From an uncultured Nitrososphaerota archaeon (GTDB lineage: Archaea; Thermoproteota; Nitrososphaeria; Nitrososphaerales; Gagatemarchaeaceae): a stretch of DNA of 64,000 nt. The number at the start of each line of letters is the position of its first letter. The stretch's first letter is position 1. The position numbers and the translations under genes are program-made. Location: the NCBI GenBank assembly GCA_963718895.1, contig CAVRAG010000004.1, positions 325,456-389,455 on the forward strand. The letters are read 5' to 3'. The notes under the pieces are model-generated. The model worked only from the letters and a program-made list of their open reading frames with translations, was not told the DNA's origin and made no database searches. Positions 51,041-60,538 of the stretch are shown piece by piece.

Positions 51041-51430
51041 TCATTTCGATGTGGTGCTCGGCGATGCTCCGTCCACGTCGAAATGCCAAGGGCTGTCTAG
51101 CTTGCCTGCTCTCTCCGCCTGAATGGCAAGGGCCTCCATGAGAGCCGCGTAGAAGCGCTTGGGGACGCTCGGCATCGGATCCAGACAGCTTTGGATTGCT
51201 CTTAGCAGGCACAACACAGCGTCAGAGTCCGAAGCATCTACATCTAGGGTGAACCTGTCACCATCAATAGCCCCTCTGAAGATGATACGTGCACCGTCTC
51301 GATCGTTGCACATCTCCTTGGATTTCTTCTCGATGATGCCAGACCATTCGGCGAAGACATCGGCATCCGCGCCTCGAAGCTGTGACCTTATTTGGTCCAA
51401 CCAGAAGGCGCCTCCCTCACTGAAGGCCAA
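51041..51430 (-). CDS. Hypothetical protein
   Basis: 129-aa ORF. Confidence 0.5.
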   Translation of the reverse strand: MAFSEGGAFWLDQIRSQLRGADADVFAEWSGIIEKKSKEMCNDRDGARIIFRGAIDGDRFTLDVDASDSDAVLCLLRAIQSCLDPMPSVPKRFYAALMEALAIQAERAGKLDSPWHFDVDGASPSTTSK

Positions 51431-51743
51431 TGAAGGTCAAGAGCCAATGACCACATAATGAACGTTGGCCTGCTGTACTCTCACTGTGTATTCCTCGGGT
51501 GATATGCGTAAAGTCCTTTGGATGGGAGTCCACTCAGGCCACCATCGGAATCGAAGCAGACCTAGTCACCACCCCACCAATGAAACAGAACATCAACGAC
51601 AGGTCCAACGCTTAAATCAGCGGATGTGGGTGGAGAACCTGAGAGACCTGGACGCAAGCCGCCTGTGCGATCCTTATGTTGGAGGAGACTGATACGTCGT
51701 TAACTCAAGGGTTCACCGGACTAATAATAGCAAGACTCGTTTC

Positions 51744-53252
51744 TTGGCATCCGTCTCTCTTGCGCTGATCCTTCTCGTCGTGGCCGTCCCGACCGCGCCT
51801 CGGGCGGAAGCGAAAGTTTCGGTCTTCTCGATGCAATCGAGCGCAGTCTGCGAGAACCCGAGTTTGCTCTTCCAGCAAAAAGCATATTCCTTCGGGTGCC
51901 CGCTGCGGACGCACGTCGGTGACGCGATAATCTTCCTTGTCGGGTGCATAGGCGGCCCGACAGAATGCACGATTTCGGTCCAAGACACTCAAAACGATAC
52001 GTACTCCAGCTCTGGGTCGATCGAGACCGTGTGCGGCAGCTTTGCATGCACTGAATTCGAGTTCTCGACGACCGCACACGCCACCGGTAACGACACAATC
52101 ACGGCCACGGCGGACGAAAAGGCCCCAATCGGGGGCGACGCCTATGACATCGCGGGGGTAAACGCTTCCAAGCAGATGAGTGCCTTCGGCTCATCCCCCA
52201 TGTCCAATTTCCCCTCCACAATCCCTATCACTCCTTTTCCGAACGGCTTCGTCGTGGCTGGAGTCGCCGCGAACAACGCTTTGCAGTTCGGGCCCGGGAA
52301 TGGGTACACCCTTGTCGCGAACCAGCCATGCCAGCAGTGCGGACAGCCCGGTGGCTGGCAGGCTAGCGAGTTCGCGTTCTGGGGAGCAAGCGGCAACACC
52401 AACGCACCCTTCAACTATCCCCTGGAGAACGACGGGTGGGGGGAGATCGTGACGAGCTACGCGCCCAACGTAGCGAATGTGTCGATTTCGTGTTCTCCAT
52501 CGGCAGGGACGGTCTCCATCGCGAGCACCTGTACGGCGAGCGTCAAGGGAGATGTCCCGACCGGTACCGTGGCCTGGATGACGAACGGGACTGGCGGATT
52601 CTCCGCGTCTTCTTGCTCCCTTTCATCAGGCTCCTGTTCTGTCGGCTATACCCCCTCCGTTCCGTCGAAGAACCTGATAACTGCGACATATGGTGGAGAC
52701 ACCGACAACCCAGTCGCCTCGTCCAGCGTGGTGCTGCAAGCGGGAAAGCACTCTTCCACAACTGCCGTCGCGTGTTCCCCGGCGTCGGCCGCCGTCGGCT
52801 CTCCGTCTACGTGCACTGCGACGGTCTCCGGGGCGAACCCGACTGGGACGATCACGTGGGCCAGCAGCGGAGTGGCCAACTTTTCGCCCTCCGGGACGTG
52901 CACTCTCGCGTCGGGGACCTGCGCTGTAAACTACATCCCATCTTCAACAGCTTCACCGATAACCCTGAACGCATTGTACTCTGGTGACTCTAACAACACC
53001 GTGAGCACGGGCGCGTTTTCGCTGTCCGTCACGCTGGCGACGGCCTCGAATGGCATCTCCTCCCCAACGAGCACGACAGCAGAGTCCTCGAGCACCCAGA
53101 ACTCGTCGGCGTCCTCTTCTGCAAGCGCATCGAGCAGTTCCCTCACGTTATTGTCGAGTTATCTCCTCATAGTTCCGACGGCCGCTGCCGTACTCCTTCT
53201 GGCCCTGGTGGGATCTTCTAGGCGGAGGCGCGTCCCATCGGGACTCACCTAG
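51744..53252 (+). CDS. Cell-surface protein with two Ig-like repeats and C-terminal TM anchor
   Basis: Repeated CSP...TCTA.V.G..PTGT..W...ITA.Y.GD; S-rich linker, TM, RRRR. Confidence 0.8.
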   Translation: MASVSLALILLVVAVPTAPRAEAKVSVFSMQSSAVCENPSLLFQQKAYSFGCPLRTHVGDAIIFLVGCIGGPTECTISVQDTQNDTYSSSGSIETVCGSFACTEFEFSTTAHATGNDTITATADEKAPIGGDAYDIAGVNASKQMSAFGSSPMSNFPSTIPITPFPNGFVVAGVAANNALQFGPGNGYTLVANQPCQQCGQPGGWQASEFAFWGASGNTNAPFNYPLENDGWGEIVTSYAPNVANVSISCSPSAGTVSIASTCTASVKGDVPTGTVAWMTNGTGGFSASSCSLSSGSCSVGYTPSVPSKNLITATYGGDTDNPVASSSVVLQAGKHSSTTAVACSPASAAVGSPSTCTATVSGANPTGTITWASSGVANFSPSGTCTLASGTCAVNYIPSSTASPITLNALYSGDSNNTVSTGAFSLSVTLATASNGISSPTSTTAESSSTQNSSASSSASASSSSLTLLSSYLLIVPTAAAVLLLALVGSSRRRRVPSGLT

Positions 53253-53273
53253 GGCGCTGGATGGAGGGTCTCG

Positions 53274-53366
53274 TTACGACATGACGCCGGTGCTGTCGTG
53301 GTAGACCTCGTAGTCCTCGGGCTTGAGCTTGCGGACGGGTTCCTTCTCTTTCTTCGTCTCGGCCAT
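53274..53366 (-). CDS. Candidate 30-aa mini-protein
   Basis: MAETKKEKEPVRKLKPEDYEVYHDSTGVMS with a TTATA box upstream; YHDSTGV stretch duplicated at 55321. Confidence 0.4.
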   Translation of the reverse strand: MAETKKEKEPVRKLKPEDYEVYHDSTGVMS

Positions 53367-53537
53367 GGTGGAAGAGGAGCGCGGGGGAGGCTATAACGGG
53401 CGGGGAGGGCGGAGGTGATTAGGACTGGGGAGGGGGATGAAAGTGAGCGGTCAAATCGAAGAAGAGAAATCTTCGCGCCTTCGCGCTTCGGGCGACAAAC
53501 TTCCAGTCTTTTCCTGTCCTCTCTTCACTAGCGCAAT

Positions 53538-55034
53538 CTACACAAGTAGCAAGAACGCCCATACGGGAATAACAACAGCGTTACTCCCCTCTCTCAATTC
53601 ATTTCTGCTCAACAGTATTCCGGCACGCTTTGAACCGGTCGCCTTGGCGAAATCAATGATTCCGAACTTATCATCTCTCGTGATGGATCTCTGGTACTTC
53701 AGTTCAATTGCCATGTAAGTCAAAGTCGAGTCCTTAAGAACGAAGTCAACTTCACGGCTTTTGTTGCTCCGCCAGTAGAACAGCGATGTCTGGTAATCGA
53801 ACAGCTGCTTCTGTTTGCTGAAAGCGTATGAGAGCCGTACCAAGTGATCCGCAACAACCGATTCCACCAAACAAGCCACATTCCGCTCTTCCCTCATGTA
53901 GTCAACGCACATCTGGAATGGGGCAAGTCCTTTGCACCATGCTCGTAGCGAATGGAAGAAGAATGGATCCTCAAAGAATAGCTTCTTCTCCTTCTCGTAG
54001 GCAGGACTTCCCCTATTGGAATCCAACCGGTACAGGTATAGCAATGCGAAAGTGTCGGTAATGTAGTCAACGTACTCGGCTACGGTGGCATGACTCGCAA
54101 TGTCTGTGCCGTTTCGCATTGTGTTCCATCCGACAGAAGTCCCTTGGGTGTCGAGGATCCGACCTACAACCTGTCTGACATAGGTTTCGCGCTTGCCCCA
54201 TCTCTGCAGATCACCTAGGACCGAGTCAACATAGGTCTTGTAGATTCCCTCGCCAATCTCATTGTTCACTTTATACTCGTTGACCACCCGGGGAATTCCA
54301 CCGGTCATGAGATAGTCCGAAAACAGCTGCTGCAGTTCCTTAGAGTAGAGTACGATTTCCTTCACTATCTCCTTGACCTCTCCCTTGAGAAGCGAGCCGA
54401 AGATTCCTTTTCTTGCTTCAGCAGACAGGAGAACAGGCCCCATTATGTCACTAGCCAATTGAGGGTTCACTGATTCGACGTACTCGGCGAATTTCATGGG
54501 TAACATGATCTTGTCAAGTGTTTGGCTAGAAGTTCCTCTTCTCCCTGGAAGACGTTCTGCGTTTCTCTTCACATCGATAGAATGAGAACCAGTCAACACC
54601 ATCGTTACATTGGCTAGCTTCCCAACATCCGCTAGGTGCTTAACACCGTTCTGCCAATCTTTGACTGATGAGACCTCATCCAAGAAGACATATGCTCTTT
54701 TCCCGGCGATGCGTACCGAGTCACAATACGTGGACACTATTTCGGCAAGAACCTTCGGGCTGTCCACCAGATTGCAAGTGTAGTAGAAGACGTTTTTGGG
54801 GTCAGTAGTCTTGAGTCTCTCGGCTATCATCGTCTTCACCAAAGTTGTCTTCCCTACCTGCCGGGGACCTCTCAAAGTGTATACCGCGTCCTTATCCCAA
54901 TCGAAGAAATGCTTCATTCTGGGCTCCCATTTGATCTTGCTGCGCCTCAAATTGGCGATGTCCTTATCCGACTGAATCGCTGTCTTGTTCCTCCACCACT
55001 TGTTTTGGTCTACCAAATCAATCGGGAAAGACAT
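53538..55034 (-). CDS. AAA+ ATPase with C-terminal DUF4143/restriction-endonuclease-like domain
   Basis: GPRQVGKTT, FLDEV, LTGS, TGGIP, EVDFV...IELKY; visibly AT-richer than flanks. Confidence 0.88.
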   Translation of the reverse strand: MSFPIDLVDQNKWWRNKTAIQSDKDIANLRRSKIKWEPRMKHFFDWDKDAVYTLRGPRQVGKTTLVKTMIAERLKTTDPKNVFYYTCNLVDSPKVLAEIVSTYCDSVRIAGKRAYVFLDEVSSVKDWQNGVKHLADVGKLANVTMVLTGSHSIDVKRNAERLPGRRGTSSQTLDKIMLPMKFAEYVESVNPQLASDIMGPVLLSAEARKGIFGSLLKGEVKEIVKEIVLYSKELQQLFSDYLMTGGIPRVVNEYKVNNEIGEGIYKTYVDSVLGDLQRWGKRETYVRQVVGRILDTQGTSVGWNTMRNGTDIASHATVAEYVDYITDTFALLYLYRLDSNRGSPAYEKEKKLFFEDPFFFHSLRAWCKGLAPFQMCVDYMREERNVACLVESVVADHLVRLSYAFSKQKQLFDYQTSLFYWRSNKSREVDFVLKDSTLTYMAIELKYQRSITRDDKFGIIDFAKATGSKRAGILLSRNELREGSNAVVIPVWAFLLLV

Positions 55035-55124
55035 GTTGTAAGAGCATTTACAAGATACTTATAAATGACATGTAACAGCATCTTTAGTGGGCTAAATGTC
55101 CCAATTATCTGGTTAGCCAGTCGT

Positions 55125-55204
55125 CACCAACTGCCCACGAAGCCTTTCGTCCAGAGTACGTTCTGATCACTATGAGGTATGTCTGGGCTTTACGCGAGTT
55201 GATG
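55125..55204. repeat. attC-like imperfect hairpin
   Basis: CAACT..AAGC..CCAGA-GTAC / GTAT-TCTGG..GCTT..AGTTG. Confidence 0.45.
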
Positions 55205-55353
55205 GGATTACCTGGAGAGGCTTTGGTGAAGAGCTAAACTTCTTTGGAGGAGTCTCCCTTCGCCTTTCGTTTCTCTCGCTCGTCTAACGCAGTCATGACC
55301 GCTTCGGCGGGAGGAAGTGCATCACGCCGGTGCTGTCGTGGTAGAGGAGTTCA

Positions 55354-55373
55354 TTCGGACATAACTACTAATA
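55354..55373 (+). repeat. 20-bp motif copy (2 mismatches)
   Basis: TTCGGACATAACTACTAATA. Confidence 0.85.
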
Positions 55374-55409
55374 AGAAATCTCGACCGCTCTCACCCGGAA
55401 GCCCTCAGA

Positions 55410-55988
55410 ACGAGCAAACAGACCTCCCGAAGCTACCTCGCCATCGCTTCGGCGATAATCGTAGCAGGGGTGCTGATCTCCGCGAGCGTCTTCGTAGCGG
55501 TCGGAGAGCCTCCAAAGACGACGACCACGACGACTATCATCACCACTCTCACGACCACCACTAACACGATGGTGACGATCGTGACCACCACCAGCACGAC
55601 CACGACGCAGACCGGTCCCAAGTACCTCACCGCGTCCCAGGGGGCCGCCGAGGGCGGTCAGTACTTTCTCTATGCCTGTCCGTCGGGGTGCAACTCCACG
55701 AACGGCAACGGCCTCATCACCAGTCCAATAGTCGGCATGACGGTCTTCTACTCGCAGGTGGACGTCAACGCGTCTTCCGGCATGAGCGCCATCGTCTCTT
55801 CTAATCTCGGCGACAGGATCGCCGTCTACTTCGCGGGTCCCACCCCGTACACCGCCTGCTTCGAGATTCTCCTCCAGATGGACGGGAAGAGCGTACAGAT
55901 CGGGACGGCGGTGCCGCCTGGTCTCCAGCTCCCTCCCACAATCTACGTATGGTACGTCGGGCAGAGCTGTCCTTCCAATCCGCCATAG
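55410..55988 (+). CDS. Membrane-anchored Thr-rich protein (leader family), ACG at the expected start
   Basis: In-frame extension (T)SKQTSRSYLAIASAIIVAGVLISAS aligns with the 60539 leader. Confidence 0.65.
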   Translation, partial: TSKQTSRSYLAIASAIIVAGVLISASVFVAVGEPPKTTTTTTIITTLTTTTNTMVTIVTTTSTTTTQTGPKYLTASQGAAEGGQYFLYACPSGCNSTNGNGLITSPIVGMTVFYSQVDVNASSGMSAIVSSNLGDRIAVYFAGPTPYTACFEILLQMDGKSVQIGTAVPPGLQLPPTIYVWYVGQSCPSNPP

Positions 55989-56137
55989 CGCCAGAGGTCG
56001 GCGCTCGGACCGGGCGTGACAGCGGCGAGCAGCACGTTCACGTACACGTTCACCTCACCATGACGCGGACCTGTCAGGGTCGAGTCAAGTCTTGATAATG
56101 TAATCCGTCGAACATGAAGGGATGTTATGTAATGAGG

Positions 56138-56600
56138 TTACTCGGACGGTTCTGGGTAGTCCTCGGTTGCTCTGCGAAAATCTTCTGCTTGTGTAATGTT
56201 GGTTGCTGTGAACGAATTCCTGTTGCCCATACTCAGCCAACTTCCTCCTTGCACATAGTAATCAGGCCTTGAAGTCCTTTCAGAGTTACGCGAGATATTG
56301 CTCTTGTCACTGCTGCGTGGCGCCATGTCCTCGGTTTCAGGTGCTCGAACTCCGAGCTGGCTCTTCCCGTCCACGAGCACCTTCACTTCCCTCCCCTTGA
56401 AGTACGAAAACCTTCCCAGGGTGACTTCGACCTTGTGTACCTCGGAGCTTCCTACGTCGAAGGACCATGTCTTCGCAAGGGGCGAGTAGTGGTATTCCTC
56501 GGCCAGCTTCTCTGCGTCCAGCTCGATGTGGGTTCTCTTCATTACCCGGTCGTGGTCTACTGTAAGTGTGTGCTTTTCCTTCTCTCCGATTCCAAATTGT
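56138..56600 (-). pseudogene. Frameshifted paralog of the 61801 gene
   Basis: EKEKHTLTVDHD / HIELDAEKLAEEY...KTWSFDVGSSEVHKVEV split across frames. Confidence 0.7.
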
Positions 56601-56906
56601 TGTTTCGCCGTTTTCCTTCACCTCTATCTCCAGTCTCTCGCATAAATCAAGAAGACCCTCGACCCCTAAACTTCCATACGCTGCCCAGGACTACCACAAT
56701 CACGGTAAGGACGACAACCAATTCAATCTGATGAGTACCGATCAATTCATGCGACCAGCTTTAGGACCTTCCATCACCGGATAGATGTAGTTCGACAGGT
56801 ACAAAATTTGTACCTAGAGCCGAGGTTTGCTCATGGTTCGTCAGCACTCATCTCTGGGCGGCTTTTTGGAAACTTTATACATCGTCGGAACCTCTTCTAA
56901 CCCAAG

Positions 56907-57979
56907 ACGAAGACGCCAACCCTCCTCGACCCTGAACGGTTGACTATTCTGGAGAGAGCGATCGCTGCGGCGCATCTCCCCTTTTCTGTAGGGTGCCTTG
57001 TCTTTGCGCTCGTCGGGGGAACGCCAGGATGATTCCTAGTCTTCTATCTCGGGACTCACAGCCTGACCGAGGCCTGGAGCAAGACTGCTTCGACGTCCTT
57101 CAACACGGTCTTGTCCAGCGTTCCTCAGGTTACGACCCCGGTGGCGGTCGTGGCGTCAATTCTAATCACCTTCTCCCTCTTCATTGACCTTTACTTGGTT
57201 CGATATCTTCGGCGCAAGATACAAGCGGCGGAACCGGAGCTGTCGGCGCTCGCAGCTGATGGAGCGCCCGCCTACGCCCGGGCCTTCAGAGTGATGGGTG
57301 GCACGGCCGGTATAGCCTTCTTTGCGCTCGTATTCTTCACCTTGTACTTTCCATCGAGGGCGCAGGTCGCACCCGACCCGGTATCCCTGCTAGGTATGGT
57401 CGTGGTGACCTCGATTGCCACTCTCGTCTACGGGAGCGCGTTCTGGACATATCTGAGCGGGCTCTGGGGCGTCTACAGGTTTGGCCGCGAACGCCTAATC
57501 CTGAGACCCTTCTACGAAGACAGGCTGCTAGGTCTTCGGCCGCTGGGCCACGTCGTAACCACTTTCGCACTCATCTTTTCGGTGGCCATTACGGTGACCC
57601 TGAACGGCGAATTTGTAGTAGGGGCAACTGATTCCATCGCAGTCAATCTGGTGATAGTCGCGCTCAGGGATCGCGATGCTCTTCCTTCCCTTGAGGGGAA
57701 TTCACTCGATCATGGACCGAGTGAAAGACGAAGAGATGGCGAAGCTGAGCTCGAGAGGCGAGGGGCTCCTGACCGAAGCCGTGCATGAGGAGCATGGAGG
57801 TGAGCCGACCCTCTCGAGGATACAAGAGCTCCTCGAGATTCAGAGGTTCCAGTTCCTCAAGACTGAGGCGTCGAATATCTCCGAGTGGCCGTTCCAGCCC
57901 GTCCATTGAGAGGCTGGTCGCCATCCTGCTGGCAATCTTGGGTGTCCTGCTGGGTCGACTTCTCGAGCTGATTCACTAG
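56907..57979 (+). pseudogene. Disrupted membrane protein
   Basis: In-frame TGA near 57030, frameshifts near 57665 and 57900; PFYEDRLLGLRPLG, WPF. Confidence 0.7.
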
Positions 57980-58255
57980 GGCCGTACATGGACTACGTGG
58001 CACATCGCAAGGCCCTTGCGTGAGATTATCTCGACGCCGGATTGGTACCCGCAATTGCGCTTCTTTGTCCCTAAAGTGACGGGGCGTCCCGAATTTGCTA
58101 TGACAGCCTTGACGATAGCGGCCGGCTTGGCTTCGAAGCCCTCTTTCTCGAGCAGATTTCCGATGACGATCACGTCTGCGCCAGCCTTGGCGATGGTCTT
58201 CGCCACTTCTGGGTTTGTGAACCCCCCACGATGAGAAACCCAGGGTAGTACGCCT
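57976..58255 (-). pseudogene. 3' fragment of geranylgeranylglyceryl phosphate synthase (GGGPS/PcrB family)
   Basis: FLIVGG/..PEVAKTIAKAGADVIVIGNLLE, the C-terminal TIM-barrel segment of this family. Confidence 0.65.
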
Positions 58256-58307
58256 CGACGCGAGTTCCGTAAGCTCTATATCTCTCTACATATAGATATA
58301 CACAGAA

Positions 58308-58541
58308 TTGGCGACCAAGAACATAGCCATATCGGAGGAGGCTTACGAGCGGCTCAGGGCCCTCAAGAAGCCCGGTGAGAGCTTCACCGAGGTCATTGAG
58401 AGGATGACGCGGAGCAGAGGAATCCTGGACTTGGTGGGAGTGATGTCAAAGTCAGAGGCGAAGGGCGTGTCAGAGAGAATCCGTGAGAGCCGGGAGCAGA
58501 CCTCCCGCCGCCTCCAGCGCACGGTCGAGAAGCTGAGCTAG
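58308..58541 (+). CDS. vapB: VapB antitoxin (DUF217-type)
   Basis: KNIAISEEAYERLRALKKPGESFTEVIERM. Confidence 0.88.
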   Translation: MATKNIAISEEAYERLRALKKPGESFTEVIERMTRSRGILDLVGVMSKSEAKGVSERIRESREQTSRRLQRTVEKLS

Positions 58542-58542
58542 G

Positions 58543-58935
58543 ATGCTGGCCGACACGAGCTACCTCATCGATCTAATGCAGGACGACGAGGCTGCGAAGA
58601 CGAAGGCTGAGGAACTGGTCTCCGAGTCCGTCCCGGTGATGGTCGGCACCCCGACAATCTTCGAGCTGTACGTCGGAGTCGGCCTCGCCATCAAGTCCTC
58701 TGAGGAGAGGGAGAGGGTGCTCGACGTCATCCGGGCATTGACCCAGATACCGCTGGACGCCTCATCGGCCACTAGGGCCGGTATCGTGTATGCGCAAAAG
58801 GTGAGGGAGGGGGCGAGGATCGATGCCGAAGATGCCATGATTGCTGGTATCGCCCTCGAGAACCAGCAGACGCTGCTTACGAGAAACGTGAAGCACTTCG
58901 GCGGGATTCCTGGCCTTAAGGTCGAGGGCTACTGA
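58543..58935 (+). CDS. vapC: VapC PIN-domain toxin
   Basis: LADTSYLIDL, FELYVG, DAMIAGIAL, LLTRNVKHF. Confidence 0.92.
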   Translation: MLADTSYLIDLMQDDEAAKTKAEELVSESVPVMVGTPTIFELYVGVGLAIKSSEERERVLDVIRALTQIPLDASSATRAGIVYAQKVREGARIDAEDAMIAGIALENQQTLLTRNVKHFGGIPGLKVEGY

Positions 58936-59149
58936 ACCGGGAGAGCGGACCCGTTCGGAAAGGCGTATAGCAAGCCGCCGGCGGGCGAGATTCGACCGGC
59001 ATGAAGCGACGGGCGGCTACAGTTCAGCGACCAGTTCCGCTTCGGTCATGGGCTCGCTGTCGGGGGCTGATGTTATTCAGTGAAGTCGCAGTTTGTGGTC
59101 TTTGCGCGCTTCTGAAGCTTGCGTAGGAGCTCTATGAGGGCTATGAGGG

Positions 59150-59798
59150 CCCTGACGGCGCCACGATCTACATCATCAACTGTACAACCGATACACAGAC
59201 GGGCAGTTTCGCGGGACAGAACGACTCCTCACCTGTTGCCTTCGACACGCAGCGGAACCTCCTGTACGTGACAGGGAGTTCCGGCCTCGACATCTACAAC
59301 GTGTTCACCGACACCCTGATTCAGTCGCTGGATGTCGGCCACTGTCAGGGTGCCGTTGCGGTCAACACAGCGACGGACTACGTCTACGTGACCGACTATG
59401 CGGACGACTCAGTCTGCGTGATACAGGGGACCTGGGTCGGCTCTCCGAGCACGAGCTCGTCGTCGACCTCCTCTACTACGTCGGCATCTTCGTCCAGCTC
59501 CGGTTCGAGCACAACTTCGACAAGCGTGACTTCTGCATCGTCATCCCTGAGTACGACGTCCTCGCACTCCGCCATGTCTTCAGAGACGGTTAGCTCGACC
59601 TCCTCATCGGCGGCTACGAGTCAATCGACGGCCTCGATTTCACCCACTTCGGCTCTCACGTCATCATCAAGTGCGGCCAACGACAACTTAACCACTCAGC
59701 GACGGGCGGCTACAGTTCAGCGACCAGTTCCGCTTCGGTCATGGGCTCGCTGTCGGCCGCAGCCGCAGTCATCCCATCGACGGTCTTGGCAATCGTGA
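59150..59798 (+). pseudogene. YVTN/YncE beta-propeller surface protein fragment
   Basis: VAVNTATDYVYVTDYADDSVCVI then S/T linker; no 5' end; bracketed by a 59-bp direct repeat. Confidence 0.6.
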
Positions 59799-59964
59799 TT
59801 GTCCTTGCCGGCGCTTCGAGCAGGTTGCGTAAGAGATAGACTATTTGCCGGCGGAGAGGCGCAATGAACCCTAGCATGGCTAGAGCTTTTCTTCTAGCAG
59901 AGTCGTTTTTTTGAGCCACAACGCTTAACCTTACGAAAGCTGAAGAATCCGGCAGGCAATCGAA

Positions 59965-60483
59965 TTGCAAAGGAGGCTCGCTCCTGTGGCCGTTCTCCTC
60001 GGTGTCGCTCTGGTCGTCTCGGGGATTCTTATTGGAGCGAACCTTGTTCCTGCTAATACCTACCAAGGAACCGCGACGACGGTCGGGAGGACCGTTCCGA
60101 TGCTCGCTTCTGAGACGTTCGCGACAATATCTACCACGACCTTCACCTCGACTGATGCGTCCACTCAGACGTTCGCTGGAACTTCTGTTGTATCCAACCA
60201 TAGGATGGTGCAAATCATGATCCCAAGTCCTCAGAACAACTCGAATTTCCAGCCTTTGTACATACACCTGGTGATCGGGGTCAACAACACCATCGCGTTC
60301 GTGAACCCTAACGGCATAGCTGCGAACATCGAACCGACGTCTTGGCCGAAAGGCGCAAACCCGTCTTATTCCATCGTGAATCCGGGCCAGTCCTGGACGG
60401 TCAGCCTGGATGCTCCCGGTGTGTATCATTACGAGAACGTTTGGAGACCGGTATGGACGGACCTGACGCTGGTCGTGTCGTAG
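59965..60483 (+). CDS. Membrane-anchored cupredoxin-fold protein lacking Cu ligands
   Basis: FQP...GVNNTIAFVN...PGQSWTVSLDAPGVYHY. Confidence 0.7.
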   Translation: MQRRLAPVAVLLGVALVVSGILIGANLVPANTYQGTATTVGRTVPMLASETFATISTTTFTSTDASTQTFAGTSVVSNHRMVQIMIPSPQNNSNFQPLYIHLVIGVNNTIAFVNPNGIAANIEPTSWPKGANPSYSIVNPGQSWTVSLDAPGVYHYENVWRPVWTDLTLVVS

Positions 60484-60503
60484 TTCGGACATAACTATTA
60501 ATC
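60484..60503 (+). repeat. 20-bp motif copy (exact), directly after a TAG stop
   Basis: TTCGGACATAACTATTAATC. Confidence 0.9.
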
Positions 60504-60538
60504 ATCAAATTCACATCTACGCCTCAAGGCGCTTCGGT

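Noticed and set aside
29565-57979. TGA read-through or recoding suggested by in-frame TGA in two genes
   Set aside because: Both genes also have frameshifts, and TGA is a normal stop throughout the core genes.
21054-60503. 20-bp repeats as a CRISPR array
   Set aside because: Copies are 0.8-23 kb apart, on both strands, separated by whole genes; no cas genes in the window.
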